From Candidatus Stahliibacteriota bacterium (lineage in GTDB: Bacteria; Hydrothermota; UBA3072), in contig SOIB01000066.1 of NCBI GenBank assembly GCA_004377355.1, positions 1 to 52,030 on the forward strand: a stretch of 52,030 nucleotides of DNA, given 5' to 3'. The notes under the pieces were generated by a model. The model did no database searches. It saw only the letters and a list, made by a program, of their open reading frames with translations, and was not told the origin of the DNA. This document shows positions 27,848 through 36,658 of this stretch, piece by piece (the stretch's first letter is position 1; every line of letters starts with the position of its first letter). The position numbers and the translations under genes were made by a program.

Positions 27848-29674
27848 ATGACCCTTTTTCTTATTTCGTTTACATATTTTTCCCAACTTAGCCATAACCT
27901 ATATCAGTATCAGGAAGAGACTTTTTCGGTTACAAGCTGGGGAATTGAACTTGAAGAAGATCAATGGACCATCTATTCCCGTTTATACAGATATCAAAGG
28001 ATGGCAGGGCTTAAGGAATTTACTTTCCGATACGATTCAATATTGATTAATAAGAACTATTATCATTTATTGGCTGGGGATAATAATAGAGTAAGAGGAC
28101 TTCTGGTTGGATCGAAAACAAAGGGTTTTGGGTGGGATTTGCAAGTAGGGAAAATGCAGGATATTATACCAGGCCCATTCCCAACCTATAATAGGAATCT
28201 CTTCTATTCTGAGTTAGATCTCAGCATTTCCGGTCATAATTTTTTCCTTATGGGTAGATGGGATAAAGATAGTTATCTACCACTCCTTGGAGACCAATTT
28301 GTGTTTAAACATGGAAACCTTAGTCTGTTGAACGACATTAAGATCAGTTATAGAGATCGCCCCGGGATAGCTTTATATGAAGATCTTTATTACAAAAGGC
28401 CCAATCTCTTCTTACGCTCATTTCTTCGTTATTTTAGTTCGGGATTTTCCGATAAAGAGAATATAGTTTACAGCAGGGGAAGGGTGAACTGGGGGATGAA
28501 TTCTTCATATAGGTTCCCCTCTGGTCTTTCTATCCATTCAGGAGCGGGGTTCAGAGGAATGTTGGATGAAAAACTGGAGTATCTGTTTTTGGGAGGGCTA
28601 TCTTTTTATATGCCGGGAAGGATCTCATTTGATTTTACCAATAATCTTATGGGGGGAGGATACAGGGATTGGGGATATAGGCGTTATCTCAGACTGAATG
28701 TGCCTTTCAAGCGGCATCAATTTCTAGTCAATTATGAAAAGAGTAGCATTAATAGGGAAAGGGAGTCCTTCGGTTTAGAAGGCCAGTTCTATCTTTCAAG
28801 TAGGAGCAGGCTGGATCTTTCCTTTGAAAGGATGAGTCTTTATGGATGGGATATCTCCTTTGGCGGAATGCTTTCTCCCTTCAGGAATCTCAAGACAAAC
28901 TGGAGATTCCAGTATCGAGAAGATCGTCTCTATTATAATACCTCTCTTTCCTGGATTGGTTGGGGGAATTGGATTGGTAGATTCGGTATAGCCGGGAATA
29001 CGGAGACTAATTCAAAACAATATCGACTTGAAATAACGAAAAGCGGTACTCTGGAGAAATTTGGCATCGGTGGGGTTACGGGTTTGGTCTGGCAGGATGA
29101 AAATGGAGATAGGATAAGACAGGAGGGAGAACCTCCAGTCAGGGATATTGAGGTAATCCTTGATGAAGAGAGGAGGACGAAGGTTGATGAGAGGGGCAGG
29201 TATAAATTCAGACTGATCCCGAAGGGAGAACATACCATAAAACTTGATATCAAAGGAGTTCCCGCCTTTTTAGGTACGGAAAGGGTTGAGAAAAGTTTTA
29301 CAAGTGGCTTCTTTGATGTACAGGTAATAGATTTTCCTATCTACGGACTTTCCTCTATTCAGGGTAGAGTCTACTACGATAAAAATCATAATTTAAAATG
29401 GGATCCCGATGAAGGAGGCGTGCCCAACGTAAGGGTAACAGTAAAGATAAAGAAGTTCGAGAAGTATACTTACACCTGGCAAAACGGTACATATCTTATT
29501 AGCAACCTTGTACCTGGAGTCTATACCGTTACTGCTTCCATTCTTCCTCCTGGCTATGAATTAAGTCCTAAGGGGCTGGTTTTATATATCGAACTCACTC
29601 CCGGAACAAAGATAAAAGGACTAAATTTTGGGGTGGCTACCCCGAAGAAAGAGGTAGAAATAAAAAGGTTCTGA
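27848..29674 (+). CDS. outer-membrane barrel-like protein with two SdrD-B/Cna-B domains (usher-like)
   Basis: Aromatic/Gly-rich amphipathic strands; GLVWQDENGDRIRQEGE and GRVYYDKNHNLKWDPDEGG motifs; terminal Phe. Confidence 0.65.
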   Translation: MTLFLISFTYFSQLSHNLYQYQEETFSVTSWGIELEEDQWTIYSRLYRYQRMAGLKEFTFRYDSILINKNYYHLLAGDNNRVRGLLVGSKTKGFGWDLQVGKMQDIIPGPFPTYNRNLFYSELDLSISGHNFFLMGRWDKDSYLPLLGDQFVFKHGNLSLLNDIKISYRDRPGIALYEDLYYKRPNLFLRSFLRYFSSGFSDKENIVYSRGRVNWGMNSSYRFPSGLSIHSGAGFRGMLDEKLEYLFLGGLSFYMPGRISFDFTNNLMGGGYRDWGYRRYLRLNVPFKRHQFLVNYEKSSINRERESFGLEGQFYLSSRSRLDLSFERMSLYGWDISFGGMLSPFRNLKTNWRFQYREDRLYYNTSLSWIGWGNWIGRFGIAGNTETNSKQYRLEITKSGTLEKFGIGGVTGLVWQDENGDRIRQEGEPPVRDIEVILDEERRTKVDERGRYKFRLIPKGEHTIKLDIKGVPAFLGTERVEKSFTSGFFDVQVIDFPIYGLSSIQGRVYYDKNHNLKWDPDEGGVPNVRVTVKIKKFEKYTYTWQNGTYLISNLVPGVYTVTASILPPGYELSPKGLVLYIELTPGTKIKGLNFGVATPKKEVEIKRF

Positions 29675-29946
29675 ACTTCCTCTTCCCCTTTAGGCTTCCA
29701 ACCCAGATTCATATTACCTCTTTAGCCTCAGTTACACATAAAGCATACAAGATTTTAAAGCGTATCTGTGCTCGGTCCGGTTACTGACCAATCCAGTTTC
29801 CTGTATCATCTGGGCCCCCATTGGGAAATAAAAAGGGACCAAGACGCTGTGGATAAGCTTTATAAGAATTACTAATAAATCAATTCTCTCATTTTTTAAA
29901 CATCTAAATCTAGGCGAAAAGCCCACCGATATATTGCCCAACACAA

Positions 29947-30522
29947 TTATCTCACCATTATTAACTTCTTGGATGAATTGTAATCCCCTGCCACAATCCT
30001 ATAGAAATACGAACCGCTTGGAACTTTTTCTCCTTTCTCATTTCTTCCATCCCAAATAACTGTATATTCGCCGGGTTCCTTTTTGCCCTCGACAAGAATC
30101 CTCACTAATTGACCTGCTAAATTATATATTTTGAGCGATACTTCCCCTTTTTCCTGAAGGATATAGCGGATTCTTGATTCCTTTACACCCTTAAAGAGTA
30201 TTTCATACACGCCATCCTCATTAACATCTATCAATCGGGGGCTCAAAAGTGGGTGATACCAACCACCGTAGCTGTCTGCACCATCCTCAATATAATTCCA
30301 CTTCTCAGATTCCCATTCTAAGTTTCCTGTAGTTCCATCAATTACAAGTATCCTATCGGAAAGAAAAACAACTTCTTTTGTTGCATCCCCATCAGTATCT
30401 TCACATCCAATAAAAAGATATGCTTCAGTGTCCCAAGTCTCTTGGTATTGAGCGCTTACTGGATAAACCATAAATCCAAAAATTCCAACCATGATTAGTA
30501 TACGGAATAAGTTTTTAAACAC
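29947..30522 (-). CDS. small secreted protein with FG-GAP-like motifs and FlgD-Ig/T9SS sorting domain
   Basis: GTG start after AAGGAGGT; signal peptide; DTDGD and DVNEDG motifs; IYNLAGQLVRIL...WDGRNEKGEKVPSGSYFYR...KKLIMVR. Confidence 0.8.
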   Translation of the reverse strand: MFKNLFRILIMVGIFGFMVYPVSAQYQETWDTEAYLFIGCEDTDGDATKEVVFLSDRILVIDGTTGNLEWESEKWNYIEDGADSYGGWYHPLLSPRLIDVNEDGVYEILFKGVKESRIRYILQEKGEVSLKIYNLAGQLVRILVEGKKEPGEYTVIWDGRNEKGEKVPSGSYFYRIVAGDYNSSKKLIMVR

Positions 30523-30795
30523 TTTAACCTCCTTATTTTTGCTTATTTTACAACAATATTTCTTCATAGGCAAGCTTTTCACCTAAATTTGTTGGAAGGA
30601 CGTAAATTATAAAATTAACTTACTATTACAATATTTTCATTCTCCCCCCTTTTATAAAATATAAACAGATAAATCAGACAAGCCAAAAAACCCTTATTTT
30701 CAATTCCTTTCTTCAAAATTCAGAAACATTAATAACTTCCCAAAATATAAGGTTTAAAAATGATTTTATAGTAATCATAACACGCTCCAAAAAAC

Positions 30796-30823
30796 TTGAC
30801 ATCATTTATATTTTTGTTATATT
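30796..30823 (+). promoter_or_regulatory. sigma70 promoter for the tRNA pair
   Basis: TTGACA-16 nt-TATATT with extended TGn. Confidence 0.65.
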
Positions 30824-30915
30824 ACAAAAGCAATGTTTGAGACTAGGATAATTTCATTAGAATCTAGATTCGCGAAGTTGGCACAAACAAGATTTAATGC
30901 TTTATAAGTTATTGA

Positions 30916-30989
30916 GGGCCCGTAGCTCAGTTGGTTAGAGCGCCTGACTCATAATCAGTAGGTCGCGGGTTCGAAGCCTGCCGGGCCCA
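30916..30989 (+). tRNA. tRNA-Ile2 (CAT, lysidine type; Met less likely)
   Basis: GGGCCCG/CGGGCCC acceptor stem, loop CTCATAA, GGTTCGAA T-arm; CCA not encoded. Confidence 0.9.
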
Positions 30990-31016
30990 TAACAAAAAAT
31001 GGAGTTTATTATAATA

Positions 31017-31090
31017 GGGCGGATAGCTCAGATGGTCAGAGCGCCGGTCTCACATACCGGAGGTCAGAGGTTCAACTCCTCTTTCGCCCA
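31017..31090 (+). tRNA. tRNA-Val (CAC)
   Basis: GGGCGGA/TTCGCCC acceptor stem, CCGGT-CTCACAT-ACCGG anticodon arm, AGAGG-TTCAACT-CCTCT T-arm; CCA not encoded. Confidence 0.93.
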
Positions 31091-31116
31091 AAAGTGCACG
31101 AGAGTGCACTTTTTTT
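31090..31116 (+). terminator. intrinsic terminator after the tRNAs
   Basis: AAAAGTGCAC-GAGA-GTGCACTTTT plus T-tract. Confidence 0.85.
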
Positions 31117-31132
31117 ATATTCTGGAGGATAT

Positions 31133-31849
31133 ATGGAAATCCAGGAAAAAATGAAGACACTTATGGAGCTGTATGAAAAGGATAAAGAGTTAATTAAAAT
31201 ACAAAATTTAGAGAAGGAAGTTCCCGAAGAAATCACTAGATTAGATGAAGAATTAAATGAACTAAGTGAAAAATTAGGAGAAGAGGAAAAATCTTCAGAA
31301 GAGATTGATACGAGAAGGTTGGATTTGGAACGTGAAGTGGAAGAACAGAGATTAAATCTTAAGAATTTCAGAAAGAGAAAAATGGAGGTACATACTAATA
31401 AGGAATTTCTGACATTAAAAAGTGAGATTGAACATACAGAGAAAAAGATAATAGAGTTAGAAGACGAATTAATCGATGTTTACCTTGAAAAAGAAGAGCA
31501 GGAGAAGAAAACAGACGAAGCCAGTTGTATTTACAACAATAAAAAAGAAGAAATAGAAAAAATAAAGGAATCACTCAATAAGAAGCTTGCTGATTCAAAG
31601 GAAGGTTTATTAATTAAGGAGGATGAAAGAAAAAGAATTGCAGCAAGACTGCAGGATGAAATACTTCTTAAAAAATATGATAGATTAAAAGAATCCAGAG
31701 GAAGGGGAGTTTCTATTATAGAAAATGAAATTTGCCCGGAATGCCATTCCACCATACCTCCTCAATTATTTGCTGAAGTCCGTAGGGGTGATAAAATAAT
31801 TACCTGCCACTCGTGTGGTAGAATATTGCTTTATAAGTGGATAGAGTGA
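31133..31849 (+). CDS. coiled-coil protein with C4 zinc ribbon (DUF164/CT398-like)
   Basis: Long coiled coil, TNKEF..L..EI, CPECH..IPPQ...CHSCGRILL; GGAGG RBS. Confidence 0.9.
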   Translation: MEIQEKMKTLMELYEKDKELIKIQNLEKEVPEEITRLDEELNELSEKLGEEEKSSEEIDTRRLDLEREVEEQRLNLKNFRKRKMEVHTNKEFLTLKSEIEHTEKKIIELEDELIDVYLEKEEQEKKTDEASCIYNNKKEEIEKIKESLNKKLADSKEGLLIKEDERKRIAARLQDEILLKKYDRLKESRGRGVSIIENEICPECHSTIPPQLFAEVRRGDKIITCHSCGRILLYKWIE

Positions 31850-32247
31850 TCAAAATCTATACCGATGGATCTAGTCGTGGCAATCCAGGTCCTGCAGGAA
31901 TTGGTATTTTAATAATAGATGATAAAGGTAATGAGGTTAAAAGAATATCTGAATATATAGGTGAAACGACAAATAATATCGCTGAATACAGTGCACTCCT
32001 ACGAGCAGTTATTGAATGTGAAAAAAGAAAAATATATTCAGTTGAATTCTTCACAGATAGCGAGTTGTTGGTAAATCAACTCAACAAAGTATATAAGATT
32101 AAAAATGAAGGATTAAAGCCCTTATATGTAAAATTGTTGAGTAAGCTAATGAATTTTAGGGATTGGAGTATTAAACATATTCCAAGGGAAGAAAACAAAA
32201 TAGCTGATTTCCTTGCAAATCAGGCACTTGATAAAAAAAGTCGGTGA
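31837..32247 (+). CDS. rnhA: ribonuclease HI
   Basis: YTDGSSRGNPGPAG, TNNIAEY, TDSELLV, HIPREENKIADFLAN. Confidence 0.93.
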   Translation: MDRVIKIYTDGSSRGNPGPAGIGILIIDDKGNEVKRISEYIGETTNNIAEYSALLRAVIECEKRKIYSVEFFTDSELLVNQLNKVYKIKNEGLKPLYVKLLSKLMNFRDWSIKHIPREENKIADFLANQALDKKSR

Positions 32248-32264
32248 TTTAAAATCAGCGACTT
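32237..32264 (+). terminator. hairpin terminator overlapping the rnhA stop
   Basis: AAAGTCGGTGATTT / AAATCAGCGACTTT, one mismatch. Confidence 0.65.
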
Positions 32265-32503
32265 TAATTGAATATAAAATATTTTAATAAATTATTCTCC
32301 TAAATTTTCTATTTATCTTAAAAATACCTGGAATGGTATTGAAAACATCAATCACATAATTTACTATTCACTGATATTAGGTACTTAATTTTCAAAAATA
32401 CACTTTACTACCTTTTTTAAATGGTTATCGCTTAAGATATACTTACCAACATCCTATTAAATAATTAGATTTTTCTCTTAAACTTACCATCCTAATTTCA
32501 CAC

Positions 32504-32532
32504 TTGACTTATTGATATATCATTTATATATT
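32504..32532 (+). promoter_or_regulatory. sigma70 promoter heading the accB...recX operon
   Basis: TTGACT-17 nt-TATATT. Confidence 0.65.
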
Positions 32533-32558
32533 TTACAAAAGGAAAATGGGGGAACAAT

Positions 32559-33035
32559 ATGAAAATAAGCTTTATTAAGCAGTTGATTAATATCGTGGAA
32601 ATGAGCAATATTTGTGAAATTGAGATAACAAGATTTTTTACAAAGATTAGGATTTCTAAAACTTCCCTAAGAGAAACAAATGAAGAATTAATTTCTATAT
32701 CAAAAAAAACCAATAGAGAATCTGGAAAGTCAGTAAAGATTGAAGAAGTAAAAAAAGAAAAAAAGAAAGAGAAAAAGAAAGAAAAGGAGGACAATATCCA
32801 TACTATTACTTCACCAATGGTTGGAACTTTCTATATAGCTCCAGCCCCTGATGCACCTCCATATATTGAAACCGGGGATCGTATCAAGAAGGGTGATGTA
32901 GTGTGTATAATTGAAGCTATGAAAATAATGAATGAGATTGAGTCTGATGTGTCTGGTGAAGTTGTTGATGTTTTAGTAACCAACGAAGAACCCGTGGAAT
33001 ATAATCAGGAATTATTCATTATAAGGAAAACTTAA
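32559..33035 (+). CDS. accB: acetyl-CoA carboxylase biotin carboxyl carrier protein
   Basis: SPMVGTFY, IIEAMKIMNEI biotinylation motif. Confidence 0.96.
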   Translation: MKISFIKQLINIVEMSNICEIEITRFFTKIRISKTSLRETNEELISISKKTNRESGKSVKIEEVKKEKKKEKKKEKEDNIHTITSPMVGTFYIAPAPDAPPYIETGDRIKKGDVVCIIEAMKIMNEIESDVSGEVVDVLVTNEEPVEYNQELFIIRKT

Positions 33036-33038
33036 AGA

Positions 33039-34121
33039 ATGGATTTACGAGAAGTAATAAATAAAATGATTGAAGCCGATGCATCGGACCTTCATTTAAA
33101 GGTTGCCATTCCTCCTACAATAAGAATAAATGGGGAACTTTCTCCTTTAAAAATGGACCCTTTAAACAAGGAGGAACTCCGTCGTGCTGCTTCCTCTCTA
33201 ATGACCAAAGAACAACAAAACCGATTTGTTGAAGAAAAAGAAGCTGATTTTGGTATAGGAATTCCAGGGCTCGCTAGATTCCGCGTTAACATCTATATTC
33301 AGAGAGGAACTATTGCCATTGCAATTAGACCGATACCCAAAGATATAAAAACCACTGAAGAACTCAATCTTCCTTCTATACTTGAAGATCTGGCTCTCAC
33401 TGTAAGGGGGCTTATCCTTATAACAGGAACCACCGGGTCAGGAAAATCAACAGCTTTGGCATCAATGATAGAGCACATTAACAAGAATAAAAGAAAACAT
33501 ATAATAACCATAGAGGACCCTATTGAATTTCTTTTCACAGACAGACAATCAACTATCTCTCAAAGAGAAATTGGAACCGACACAAAGAGCTTTTCTTCAT
33601 CACTTAGGTACGTCCTGCGTCAGGATCCAGATATTATTATGATAGGAGAGATAAGAGATATCGAAACAATGGAAGTGGCTTTGAAAGCCGCTGACACAGG
33701 ACATCTTATATTCTCTACCCTTCATACTTTAAATGCTTCAGAGACTGTAAACAGAATTATTAGTTTCTTCCCTCCCTATCAGCATCTACACATTAGAATA
33801 TTACTGGCAAGCGTATTAAAAGGTATCATTTCACTTAGACTTCTTCCGAGAAAGGATGGCACTGGAAGGATCCCCGCCACGGAAATTCTCGTATCTACTC
33901 CAACAATAAGGGAGTACCTGCTGGATGAAATAAAAACAATGTTGATACCTGAAGCAGTTAGTGATGGTCAACAGTACAATATGCACTCATTCGATCAAAA
34001 TATTATGTCACTATATAAGGACGGTATTATAGATCTCCAAACCGCCCTGGATAATTCAACTAATCCTGACGAATTTAAAATGAGATTGAGGGGCATTGAG
34101 CAATCTTCAGCCCGATGGTAA
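33039..34121 (+). CDS. pilT: type IV pilus retraction ATPase (PilT/PilU family)
   Basis: ASDLHL, RFRVNIY, TGTTGSGKST, TIEDPIE, LRQDPDIIMIGEIRD, TGHLIFSTLHT. Confidence 0.9.
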   Translation: MDLREVINKMIEADASDLHLKVAIPPTIRINGELSPLKMDPLNKEELRRAASSLMTKEQQNRFVEEKEADFGIGIPGLARFRVNIYIQRGTIAIAIRPIPKDIKTTEELNLPSILEDLALTVRGLILITGTTGSGKSTALASMIEHINKNKRKHIITIEDPIEFLFTDRQSTISQREIGTDTKSFSSSLRYVLRQDPDIIMIGEIRDIETMEVALKAADTGHLIFSTLHTLNASETVNRIISFFPPYQHLHIRILLASVLKGIISLRLLPRKDGTGRIPATEILVSTPTIREYLLDEIKTMLIPEAVSDGQQYNMHSFDQNIMSLYKDGIIDLQTALDNSTNPDEFKMRLRGIEQSSARW

Positions 34122-34124
34122 GAA

Positions 34125-35465
34125 ATGGAAAAGATCCTTATAGCCAACAGAGGAGAAATAGCACTGAGGGTAATACGGGCTGCAAAGGATCAAGATATCA
34201 AAACTGTAGCAATTTTCTCAGAAGTAGATAGTGATTCTCTTCATGTTAGATTTGCAGACGAATCTGTCTGTATTGGAGGTTCCTCACCAGAGGAAAGTTA
34301 TCTTAATATACCAAGAATCATAGCAGCAGCAGAAATAACCGGAGCAGACGCAATCCATCCTGGATATGGATTTCTTGCTGAAAATCCCTCATTTGCTGAA
34401 GCCTGCGAAGATAATAACTTTATTTTCATTGGTCCAACATCAGAGATTATTAAAAAAATGGGAGATAAAGTAGAAGCAAGAAAAGTAATGAAAAAAGCAA
34501 ATGTTCCGGTAACACCGGGAAGTAATGGTGTTGTAGCAAATATTGATGAAGCACTAAAAATCGCTCTGAAAATAAAGTACCCGGTAATCATAAAAGCTGC
34601 AAGTGGCGGAGGGGGAAGGGGACTACGAATTGCAGGAAACGAACTTGAACTTAAAACCGGATTTGTAATGGCAAAATCGGAAGCTCAGGCTGCATTTGGA
34701 GATAATAGGTTATATATAGAGAAATACCTACTAAATCCACGCCATATAGAAATCCAAATATTATCAGATTCTCACGGCAATGTAGTACATTTAGGAGAAA
34801 GAGAATGTTCAATACAAAGAAGGCATCAGAAATTGGTAGAAGAAGCTCCCTCAACTGCTATCGATAAGAAACTTAGGGAAAGAATGGGAAAAGCTGCAAT
34901 TTCCGGGACCCAGCAATTGGGTTACACATCTGCCGGGACCTTTGAGTTTTTAGTTACTAAAGATGGTGATTTCTATTTCATGGAAATGAATACAAGGATC
35001 CAGGTAGAACATACAGTAACTGAAGAAGTAACAGGCGTTGACATTGTATCCGAACAGATCAAAATTGCTCAAGGGAACTGTATATCTGTACACAAGCAGG
35101 ACCAAATCCATTTAGAGGGACATGCAATAGAGGTCCGAATCAATGCTGAAGACCATACAAGGGGTTTTATCCCCAAACCTGGTACAATAAACGCTCTACA
35201 CTTCCCCGGGGGTCCAGGTATACGAATAGATAGTCATATATACCAGGGATACACCATACCCCCCAATTATGATTCACTCCTCCTTAAACTGGTCTCCTAT
35301 GGAATTGATAGAGAGCAAAGTCGAAAAAGGTTACTCAGAGCATTAGACGAATTTGTCATTCGTGGAGTTCCAACTACTATACCATTATACAAAGAAATAC
35401 TCACCCATCCTGATTTTATCAATGGAAAGATAAGTACAAATTTTATAGAAAATCTTGAATATTGA
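34125..35465 (+). CDS. accC: acetyl-CoA carboxylase biotin carboxylase
   Basis: ANRGEIA, HPGYGFLAEN, GGGGRG, ERECSIQRRHQK, EMNTRIQVEH. Confidence 0.97.
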   Translation: MEKILIANRGEIALRVIRAAKDQDIKTVAIFSEVDSDSLHVRFADESVCIGGSSPEESYLNIPRIIAAAEITGADAIHPGYGFLAENPSFAEACEDNNFIFIGPTSEIIKKMGDKVEARKVMKKANVPVTPGSNGVVANIDEALKIALKIKYPVIIKAASGGGGRGLRIAGNELELKTGFVMAKSEAQAAFGDNRLYIEKYLLNPRHIEIQILSDSHGNVVHLGERECSIQRRHQKLVEEAPSTAIDKKLRERMGKAAISGTQQLGYTSAGTFEFLVTKDGDFYFMEMNTRIQVEHTVTEEVTGVDIVSEQIKIAQGNCISVHKQDQIHLEGHAIEVRINAEDHTRGFIPKPGTINALHFPGGPGIRIDSHIYQGYTIPPNYDSLLLKLVSYGIDREQSRKRLLRALDEFVIRGVPTTIPLYKEILTHPDFINGKISTNFIENLEY

Positions 35466-36075
35466 CTTTAGTATAATTGGGGTAACAGAGAGAAGGTACT
35501 GTGGAGATAGGGTAGTTGAAAGTGTTAGAGCAGCAGCAAAAGGAGGAATACGGACAATACAACTCCGGGAAAAAGGACTTTCGGATATTGATTTTTTTAA
35601 AACGGCTTTCACCTTAACAAAATTAAAAGAAGAAATGGATATAAATATTTTCATCAATGATCGTTATGACATCGCCGAAGCTGCATCCTGCGATGGAGTT
35701 CATCTTGGAAATGAAGATTTACCGTTATACGCTGTTAGAAAATTTTACAAAGGCTGCATTGGGAAAACTGTAAAAAGTAAAGATGAGGCAATAAAAGCGC
35801 AAACTGAAGGGGCTGATTACATCGCGATTGGTCCTTTCTATAATTCCAACACAAAACCCCAAAAGATATTATTGCAAAAAGATATTTTACCGGAAATTAA
35901 AGATGCTATATCAATACCTATTATAGTAATTGGTGGTATTACTCCTCTGAATGCTTCTATACTTTTTGAAATGGGAGCAGATGGAATAGCTGTATCTGAA
36001 TCCCTCTTCAAGGGAAATGTAGTAAAAAATGCAAAAAAACTAATTGATGTGACGAGTAAATATGGCGGTAATTAA
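35455..36075 (+). CDS. thiE: thiamine-phosphate synthase
   Basis: QLREK, INDRYD, GVHLG.ED, DYIAIGP...TK, IGGI. Confidence 0.88.
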   Translation: MNIDFSIIGVTERRYCGDRVVESVRAAAKGGIRTIQLREKGLSDIDFFKTAFTLTKLKEEMDINIFINDRYDIAEAASCDGVHLGNEDLPLYAVRKFYKGCIGKTVKSKDEAIKAQTEGADYIAIGPFYNSNTKPQKILLQKDILPEIKDAISIPIIVIGGITPLNASILFEMGADGIAVSESLFKGNVVKNAKKLIDVTSKYGGN

Positions 36076-36658
36076 GTTTGCATCTCGTGAGGTAATATGC
36101 AAAATAGTATATTACGGACCCGGACGTTCTGGGAAGACAACCAGTATAAAATATTTATATTCCCGTATACCGAATAATAGAAAATCAGATATGATTTCAC
36201 TTGCAACTAAAGAGGATAGAACCCTATTTTTTGACTTCCTACCTTTGGAATTAGGAAATTTCAAAGGTTTTAAGGCAAGACTCCAAATTTATACGGTTCC
36301 AGGGCAGGTAATCTATGACTCTACGAGGAAACTGGTCTTACGTGGTGCAGATGGAGTTGTATTTGTTGCAGATTCTCAAGAAGAAAGATTCGATGATAAC
36401 AGATGGAGCTGGGAAAATATGATGGAAAACCTTGAAGAAAGCAGTATAGTTATAGGTGATTTACCAATTGTATTTGAATATAATAAGCGTGACTTAGAGC
36501 ACATAACCCCAATTGAAAAACTTGACACTCAACTAAATTTTGATGATTGTCCTTTCTTTCCCACAATTGCAACACAAGGAAAAGGAGTCATTCCAGCATT
36601 TAAAACTATTGGAGTATTGGTTTTAAAAAGAATTAAAGATCGTCTAGGAGAAAAATAG
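36062..36658 (+). CDS. mglA: MglA-family small GTPase
   Basis: KIVYYGPGRSGKTT, DRTLFFDFLP, YTVPGQV, RKLVLRGADGVVFVADSQ, NKRDL. Confidence 0.93.
   Translation: MAVIKFASREVICKIVYYGPGRSGKTTSIKYLYSRIPNNRKSDMISLATKEDRTLFFDFLPLELGNFKGFKARLQIYTVPGQVIYDSTRKLVLRGADGVVFVADSQEERFDDNRWSWENMMENLEESSIVIGDLPIVFEYNKRDLEHITPIEKLDTQLNFDDCPFFPTIATQGKGVIPAFKTIGVLVLKRIKDRLGEK

Noticed and set aside
25270-30915. tRNA-integrated genomic island or prophage
   Set aside because: No integrase or transposase, no duplicated tRNA 3' end seen, and the block lies on the 5' side of the tRNAs
32265-32500. RNase P RNA, often found after the zinc-ribbon/rnhA pair
   Set aside because: Region is very AT-rich with no GAGGAAAGTCC motif
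35400-35460. TPP riboswitch before thiE (and cobalamin riboswitch before cobO)
   Set aside because: thiE overlaps accC and cobO appears leaderless, so there is no room and no motif
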